DNA of 64,000 nt from the NCBI GenBank assembly GCA_963793425.1, contig CAWCAG010000005.1:1216001-1280000 (forward strand), read 5' to 3'. The translations under genes were made by a program, and so were the position numbers. Under the pieces are notes generated by a model. The model was given only the letters and a program-made list of their open reading frames with translations. It had not been told where the DNA came from and made no database searches. Below, piece after piece: positions 57,726 through 64,000 of this stretch. The stretch's first letter is position 1. Every line of letters begins with the position of its first letter. This stretch comes from an uncultured cyanobacterium. Lineage in GTDB: Bacteria > Cyanobacteriota > Cyanobacteriia > Cyanobacteriales > CAWCAG01.

Positions 57726-60298
57726 ATGGCGTTATCAAAAGAACAACCCAATCAAGAAAACTCGCTTTTAAGTTCCCAAGCAAAATTGTCGCCCCAAGAA
57801 CAACCTATGGAAGAATTGGTTGATTTGTTACTGGAACTGCAAGAAGGAAAAAAAGAGCGCTCTTCTGCTTCAGTTTCTCCCTCTACAAAAGAAATTGAGA
57901 ATCAGCATCAAGCTGATTTGTGGGGAATGCTAGAAAATGTGGTTAACCAGCAGAAACAAGATTCTTCTTCTGGACTTAGAGAGCAACCAAAAGAAGATAA
58001 AGCTAAAATAGAGGAAACAGAGGCTCCAAGAGAAAGTTCCTCACAAGAGCAGCCTGGGTTCACAGAAAGCACTTTAGAAGAAGATAATATCCCTGAGATT
58101 CAGCCTGAAGAGCTAAGCAAGGAAGATAAAGCTAAGGTAGAAAGCCCGTTAAAAGAACAGCCTGATGTTCAAGAAAGTACTTCAGAAGAACTTAATGCTG
58201 CTGAGGCAAAACCAGAAACCAACTCAGGTTCTTTACCTGTCCCGGAGTGGCTTGAATCTGTTCCGAAGCCAAACCCTAATAGAACTTTATCTTCTGTTTG
58301 GGATGACTTGCAAGAACTGTTAGCTAAATCAGGAAAAGCGAAGTTACCTCGTAAAGCTAAAACCCATCGTTCTTTATCTATTCGGGAGTCTATTGAACAA
58401 GAACGCCTTCGCCAGTCAGTGGAGGAGTTAGAGGATAAATTCACCCAAGTTGAGCATCAAGCTGACAAAACCACACAGATGCTTAATGATATTGTGCCTT
58501 TGATGGTGGAACTGCTGAAAAGCCAGCTATCTGAATCTCAAGACCAAGTTTTAGGGCGCATGGTTCCCATTATTGATCGTGTTATTCAAGAACGATCTTC
58601 GCAAAATCGTGGCGCGATGAGTTCTGCGATCGCGGATTTAATTCCTGGGGCGATTAGAAAGCAAATTGAAGACTCACCGGAAGAAATAGCCAAAGCCCTG
58701 GCCCCAGAAATCGCGGCTGCAATAAGGGAACAAAGTAAGCTACAACAAAACGCCATTTCCGAAGCTTTGGGGCCAGAAATGGGCAAAGCGATTAGGGCGC
58801 AAATTGAATGTGAAAGGGAGGCAATGGTAGATGCCCTTTACCCAGTAATTGGTAGCACAGTCTCCAAATATATGGGAGAGGTGGTTAGTTCTATTAACGA
58901 AAAAGTTGAACATACCTTAAGTCCCCAAGGGGTAATGCGTAAAGTCCGTGCCAAGGTACAAGGAGTCTCTGATGCAGAACTTATTCTTCTTGAATCAGTA
59001 GGCTTTACCATTAAGGCGGTGTTTTTAATTCAGACGACTTCTGGATTAGTGATTGAAAAAGCCCAACCTTCAGGAAACGAAAGACTCGAAGCAGATATGT
59101 TAGCCGGAATGCTTACCGCTATTCGTGGTTTTGTTAATGATTGTATTGTTCAATCAGAAAATATTTCTGAACTTAGTGAAATTGAATATGGCAACTCCAG
59201 GGTAATTATTGAACCAGCAGGTTATTGTTATTTGGCGGTGGTGGTGAAAGGGCAGCCTTCCGAGGGCTTCATTAAAAAAATGCGCTTCACTATGGGGAAG
59301 ATTAATCAAAAATATGGCAATGAAATAAAAAACTTCGCCGGCGATCCTACCACTGTTCCTGAAGAAATTCACTCTTGGCTCGAAAGGCTAATGGAAGTTG
59401 CTCCGGTAGAGAAGTTTGTTAAGGAAGAAGAAAGCAAAAAACGCTCTCCCCAAGGTATCTTGAAGTTGGCGTTGCTAATCTTATTTCTGTTAGGTGTACC
59501 TTGGGGCTTTTATCTTTATCGGGCTAATCTTGCTGAGGGTATTGAAACAGAAACTACCACTATTATAGACCAAACGCCAGAGTTATATTTTGCTAGCATA
59601 ACCCCTAAATTGAAGGGCAACAAATTAGTTTTAACAGGAAGAGTACCTAACCCAGACTTAAAAGAGAGGGCAGAGGAGATTATCCAAGCTAATAACCCTG
59701 ATTTAGCAATAGATAATCAAATTGTCGCCGTAGATGTACCCCCAGAATTTGCTGATACAGCAGTAGAACTCAAGACAGCCCTACTAACTCAGCAACCAGG
59801 TATTGAGATTACTAGTAGCTATGAAGATAGAACCGTTGCGGTTACGGGTACTGTAGAGAGAGCGAAAGATATTCCTAAGATTGTTAAAGAGTTAGAAGAA
59901 ATTGCTGGGGTTAATTCCGTTAATATCGATAGCTTAAATTTAAAAGCTTTAGAAGGACGTGTTTATTTTGAATTTGGTTCAAAGTCAATTAAGCCAGAAT
60001 ATCAAGATGAGTTTATTGTTCCTATTAAAGAGTTTTTGGAAATCAACCCCCAAGCCCAACTAGAGATAACTGGCTATGTTGACCGTGTAGGAGGAGAGAA
60101 AGAAAGGAAAGAACTTGCTATGGCCAGGCCGAGGTGGTAAAACAAGCTTTAGAGGAGCAAGGAATTAAGCCGGAACGCATCAAAAGCTCTGGAGAAATAA
60201 AAACTCCTCCAAATGTGACTCCTGAACAGCCAATGTGGTTAAGTAGATGTGTGCGCTTTAATTTGTTCAGCCCGCCAGGAAAATCGAATCAGAAATGA
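57726..60298 (+). CDS. Membrane protein with acidic N-terminus, helical repeats, longin/roadblock-like domain, TM helix, BON domains and OmpA-like C-terminus; one-base frameshift near 60128
   Basis: VYFEFGS...ITGYVD...LAMAR continues in the shifted frame as EVVKQALEEQGIKPERI...WLSRCVRF to TGA at 60296-60298; TM segment GILKLALLILFLLGVPWGFYLY. Confidence 0.8.
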
Positions 60299-60822
60299 CC
60301 ACTATTTCCAAGAAAATCTGTCTCATTGGTGACTTTAGTGTAGGCAAAACAAGCCTGATCCGACGCTTCGTAGACCGCCAATTTAGCGATCAATACTTAT
60401 CCACTGTGGGAGTGAAAATTTCCCGCAAGGCTGTGCAGTTAACAGACAAGGGCAGCAGCGAACCAATCCAAGTACAACTGCTAATTTGGGATATAGAAGG
60501 ACAGACTAAATTCAAAGCGATCGCCCCTACTTATTTACAAGGTGCGGCAGGAGTGATTATTGTCTGTGATGTAACTCGCCCAGAAACCATCGAGAATGTC
60601 CAGGGGCATATTAAACTATTTGAGTCGGTTAATCCTAAAGGAGTTAGTCTTGTTGCTTTTAACAAAACCGACTTGTTAGAAGAGGAGAAACGAGAAAAGT
60701 TATTGGAGGAGAATAATCTACAAGATTTTCCTCAAGTGATTGCTACTTATACAACTTCAGCTAAAACGGGTAAAGATGTAGACAAGATGTTCAACACACT
60801 ATCATCTAACATTTTGGTCTAA
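60295..60822 (+). CDS. Rab/Ras-like small GTPase
   Basis: G1 GDFSVGKT, G2 YLSTVG, G3 WDIEGQ, G4 NKTD, G5 TSAK; no C-terminal prenylation cysteine. Confidence 0.92.
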   Translation: MTTISKKICLIGDFSVGKTSLIRRFVDRQFSDQYLSTVGVKISRKAVQLTDKGSSEPIQVQLLIWDIEGQTKFKAIAPTYLQGAAGVIIVCDVTRPETIENVQGHIKLFESVNPKGVSLVAFNKTDLLEEEKREKLLEENNLQDFPQVIATYTTSAKTGKDVDKMFNTLSSNILV

Positions 60823-60978
60823 AAATGTCTGAGGGGTGATGCCCCTATTTACGTTTTTGTGTTATTCAACTAAATAATTCCTGATAATTCTTTCTAGGGT
60901 AGCCATAGCACCAGGCTAACCCTAAAGTTTCTCTTACTCAACAACTGGAGAGATGGATGTTGAACAATTAATAAAATA

Positions 60979-61008
60979 ATGGGTTTGTGATCATGATCAC
61001 AAACCCAT
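60979..61008. promoter_or_regulatory. Perfect 30-bp palindrome containing a consensus CRP site (TGTGA-N6-TCACA)
   Basis: ATGGGTTTGTGATCATGATCACAAACCCAT, with core TGTGA-TCATGA-TCACA at 60986-61001, upstream of the cyclase gene. Confidence 0.65.
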
Positions 61009-61290
61009 ACTCAACTACATCACAGTTTTGTAAGAAGAGCGATCACGAACACCCCCAATAAGTAATCACACTTAAAAACTATAAAATTCACAGCCTGGAT
61101 ACAAGTAAAATCACTTTAGCGGATTGCAAAATATGAAATACTGGGAGCTACCTTGACCAAATAGATAGAAAAGTTTTATAGAGAGGCACTCTTAAATAGA
61201 GTACTCTTAGCTTTATTTATTAGTAAATTAGTTTTTTTTTAGTAAACATTGGTCAAACCTATGCACGGTTCTGTTAAATATATACCACCC

Positions 61291-63279
61291 ATGAATTCTT
61301 TAACCAGGAGAATTATAGTTCCTAATCATTTGGAATATATTGTTTTAGATAGTAATTTGACTATAATTGATCGCTCCTGGAAAGCTAGCCAGTTTGTAAC
61401 TGAAGCGAGTTCGATTAATAGAGGGCAAGATATTCGTATAGCATTTGCAGAATTACGGGGCTATGAAGAAGATTTACAAAACATTTTACTAGAAGAAAAA
61501 GATAATTTACAATTGCGAAGCGTTAGTCGTTGTGGAGAGGGAAAAGGCACTGTCTTTATTAACTTGTTTGTCAATCTCTACCAACATCCAGAGAACCAGC
61601 AAAATTGCTTAATAGTTTTTCTGGAAAATGTAACAGAGCAAATTTTGTTAGAGCGTAATTTAGTACAAGTTAATAAGGAAGCAAATCTTTTTTTTGAGGC
61701 ATTTAGTTCTTCACAACAGTATTTTAGTAAACTAATTACTTCTATGGCTGATGCCATGATTATTCTTAACTTTGAAGGGACTATCAAAGCTATTAATCAA
61801 GCAGCTCAAGATGTTTTAGGTTATGAGGAAAAGGAACTTGTTAGCAATAGTTTTTTGTCTTTAATTAATGACAAAAGTATATCTTTAGAGGAAATACATC
61901 AAAGCTTATTAACTAATAAAGAAAAAGGTATTTGCAAAAATATTGAAATCACTTGTCAAAATAAAAATAGAGAACATCTCACAATTTCCTTTTCTTGTTC
62001 CTTAGTAGAAGCAGAAGTTAAGGGGAGTTACGACTTTATTTATATAGGTAGAGACATTACCCAGCGTAAACGCGCTCAACAACGCCAAGCAGTGCAGTAT
62101 TCTGTAGCTAGAGTTCTTTCAGAGGCTTCTTCATTAAAACAAGCTACTCCTGAGATTTTGCAATCTGTTTGTGAAAGTTTAAGCTGGAATATCGGGGAAC
62201 TTTGGACTCCTATTGCTGTTAATAAAAATAATCATCATCACCTTGAAGTTAGTGAGGATATTTCCTTAAGACGTATGGAAATATGGTCTAAAAATGCTGA
62301 TGCTGCCGGAAAGTTTATTGCAGTAACTGAGCAAATTTCTCTTCCTTCTGGTATGGGTTTGGCAGGAAGAGTTTGGGCTAGCCAATGTCCTCAATGGATT
62401 ACGAATGTTAATGAAGATGCAGATTTTGGTCAAAGTTCTTTTGCTGTTAAAGCTGGTTTAAGTTCTGCCTTTGGTTTCCCTATTCAAAATCGCGGGGAAG
62501 TATTGGGAGTGATGACTTTCTTTAGTCGAGAAATACAGCAAATTGACCAAGAAGTTCTGAAAATAATGACAGCAATCGGCAATCAATTAGGTCAATTTAT
62601 TCAACGTAAAAAAGTAGAGTTGGCCCTACGAGAAGAGCAAAAACAAACAGAAACTCTACTACTAAATATTTTACCTTTACCTATTGCTGAACGTTTAAAG
62701 CACCAACCTAGTACTATTGCTGACAGTTTTGATGAGGTGACAGTTTTATTTGCTGATTTAGTTGGTTTTACTCATCTAGCTTCTTCTTTATCTCCTATTG
62801 AACTAGTTGAAATTCTTAATGCTATCTTTTCTGAGTTTGATCACTTAACAGAAAAATATGGCTTAGAAAAAATCAAAACCGTCGGGGATGCCTATATGGT
62901 GGTAGGAGGTTTGCCCACCCAGCGCGAAAATCATGCTGAAGCGATCGCAGAAATGGCTTTGGATATACAAGCAGTGATGGCAAGATTTAATATCACCCAA
63001 GAGAAGCCATTTAGCATCCGCATTGGGGTTAATACAGGATCTGTGGTGGCAGGGGTGATTGGTACGAAAAAATTTACTTACGATTTATGGGGAGATACTG
63101 TTAATATCGCTAGTCGTATGGAATCTCAAGGCATTGCTGATGAAATACAAGTTACAGAAGAAACTTTTCAGCGTCTTAAAGATGGCTATCAATTTCAACG
63201 ACGAGGTTTAGTTGATATAAAAGGCAAAGGGAAGATGCCTACTTATTTGTTAAAGAGTCGTAAGGTAGAAGCAACTTAA
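61291..63279 (+). CDS. Class III adenylate cyclase with PAS and GAF domains
   Basis: PAS (IGRDIT), GAF (GLAGRVW...FGFPI) and cyclase motifs FADLVGFT, KIKTVGDAYM, YDLWGDTVNIASRMES, whose Lys/Asp pair indicates ATP specificity. Start could be 61249, 61261 or 61291. Confidence 0.9.
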   Translation: MNSLTRRIIVPNHLEYIVLDSNLTIIDRSWKASQFVTEASSINRGQDIRIAFAELRGYEEDLQNILLEEKDNLQLRSVSRCGEGKGTVFINLFVNLYQHPENQQNCLIVFLENVTEQILLERNLVQVNKEANLFFEAFSSSQQYFSKLITSMADAMIILNFEGTIKAINQAAQDVLGYEEKELVSNSFLSLINDKSISLEEIHQSLLTNKEKGICKNIEITCQNKNREHLTISFSCSLVEAEVKGSYDFIYIGRDITQRKRAQQRQAVQYSVARVLSEASSLKQATPEILQSVCESLSWNIGELWTPIAVNKNNHHHLEVSEDISLRRMEIWSKNADAAGKFIAVTEQISLPSGMGLAGRVWASQCPQWITNVNEDADFGQSSFAVKAGLSSAFGFPIQNRGEVLGVMTFFSREIQQIDQEVLKIMTAIGNQLGQFIQRKKVELALREEQKQTETLLLNILPLPIAERLKHQPSTIADSFDEVTVLFADLVGFTHLASSLSPIELVEILNAIFSEFDHLTEKYGLEKIKTVGDAYMVVGGLPTQRENHAEAIAEMALDIQAVMARFNITQEKPFSIRIGVNTGSVVAGVIGTKKFTYDLWGDTVNIASRMESQGIADEIQVTEETFQRLKDGYQFQRRGLVDIKGKGKMPTYLLKSRKVEAT

Positions 63280-63358
63280 TTAATCTCTAAAGATAATTAA
63301 GCTATTGTGCTTATCTGAGAAAGTTTATAGTTATTCAGAATTGCCACCACATCTCCTA

Positions 63359-63550
63359 CTACTTTAAATTCAATAAATTCTTTAAAGGTGAAGATTGGTT
63401 TGAATTGGTCGAGTTTTTTTGCCCTTCTGGTTTAGATGAATTACTATCCCTTTCCTTTCTTGGTTCCGTGGCCTTTTTTTGAGTAGAATTGTCTGAGGTT
63501 TCCAGACTAGATTGTTTTTCTGTTAATAAAGAAGTTTGGTTAGGATACAT
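63359..63550 (-). CDS. Small hydrophilic hypothetical protein
   Basis: 63-aa ORF with AAGGAG upstream of the ATG; no recognisable motif. Confidence 0.35.
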   Translation of the reverse strand: MYPNQTSLLTEKQSSLETSDNSTQKKATEPRKERDSNSSKPEGQKNSTNSNQSSPLKNLLNLK

Positions 63551-64000
63551 AAGTGCTTTTTCTCCTTCAATTCCTGTTCATGGTTTAGTGTATTGCGCGT
63601 TACTTTTAACCCTGATCTTAAGAACTGAATTCTACAAGGAAATAATCAGGAGTGTTGTTTCTCCTTTCTTGTAGACTATTACAAAGTAGTAAATTACCCT
63701 AAGCAAGCTTTATTTAGACGCAACCAGAGTATAACTTTTTAGCTATTTACTCAGACTACTTGCTTTTCTTAGTTGTTTATTATAATGGCAAAGTGAGTAT
63801 TTTCCAAGAGTATGCTGTTTTTAATTTATTAGATAAGTTCTTTTCATTTCATGGAACTTACTTACTTAGTCTCTGTAACTCTATATTTCCTGTTGCCTTT
63901 TGCTTACTTTGATTTGCAAGTTCACACAGCTAATCTCATGACAAAGAATCTTCTCAAGTCTTTTTCTATTTATGGTCTTTTCGGGACAAATGTTTCGGTA

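Larger units (their letters stand above)
1596..62948. repeat. Dispersed HIP1 octamers (GCGATCGC)
   Basis: About 20 copies seen by eye, e.g. near 1596, 5998, 6998, 8689, 26176, 33448, 43161, 58626 and 62941; a hallmark of cyanobacterial genomes. Confidence 0.85.

Overview
Cyanobacterial chromosomal window, based on frequent HIP1 GCGATCGC octamers, heptamer STRR arrays and beta-carboxysome genes. Core genes: ccmK2-K1-L-M-N followed by rbcL-X-S, divergent from ndhF4-ndhD4-cupB, plus ndhH, tRNA-Lys(UUU), vipp1, an x-type thioredoxin, tsaE, apt and an ABC permease. Two accessory loci stand out. (1) At 20.0-37.4 kb, a five-gene secreted DUF11/Ig-domain cluster is built around a very large predicted outer-membrane beta-barrel. 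The C-terminal DUF11 domains of two paralogous adhesin-like proteins end before the Asn-bearing strand, and a small adaptor begins with that orphan strand. This suggests covalent anchoring by an intermolecular donor-strand isopeptide bond. Four sulfotransferases and a glycosyltransferase follow. (2) At 53.4-63.3 kb, an FHA-protein trio is followed by a coiled-coil protein, a membrane protein with a cytoplasmic longin/roadblock-like domain and periplasmic BON/OmpA domains, a translationally coupled Rab-like GTPase, and a PAS-GAF adenylate cyclase preceded by a perfect CRP-type palindrome. Single-base frameshifts in vipp1, a GT4 and the OmpA-domain gene look like assembly errors. Two genes carry microhomology-type internal deletions, and several MITE/REP/IS-end remnants are present. 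All family assignments are from motif recognition by eye; no searches were run.
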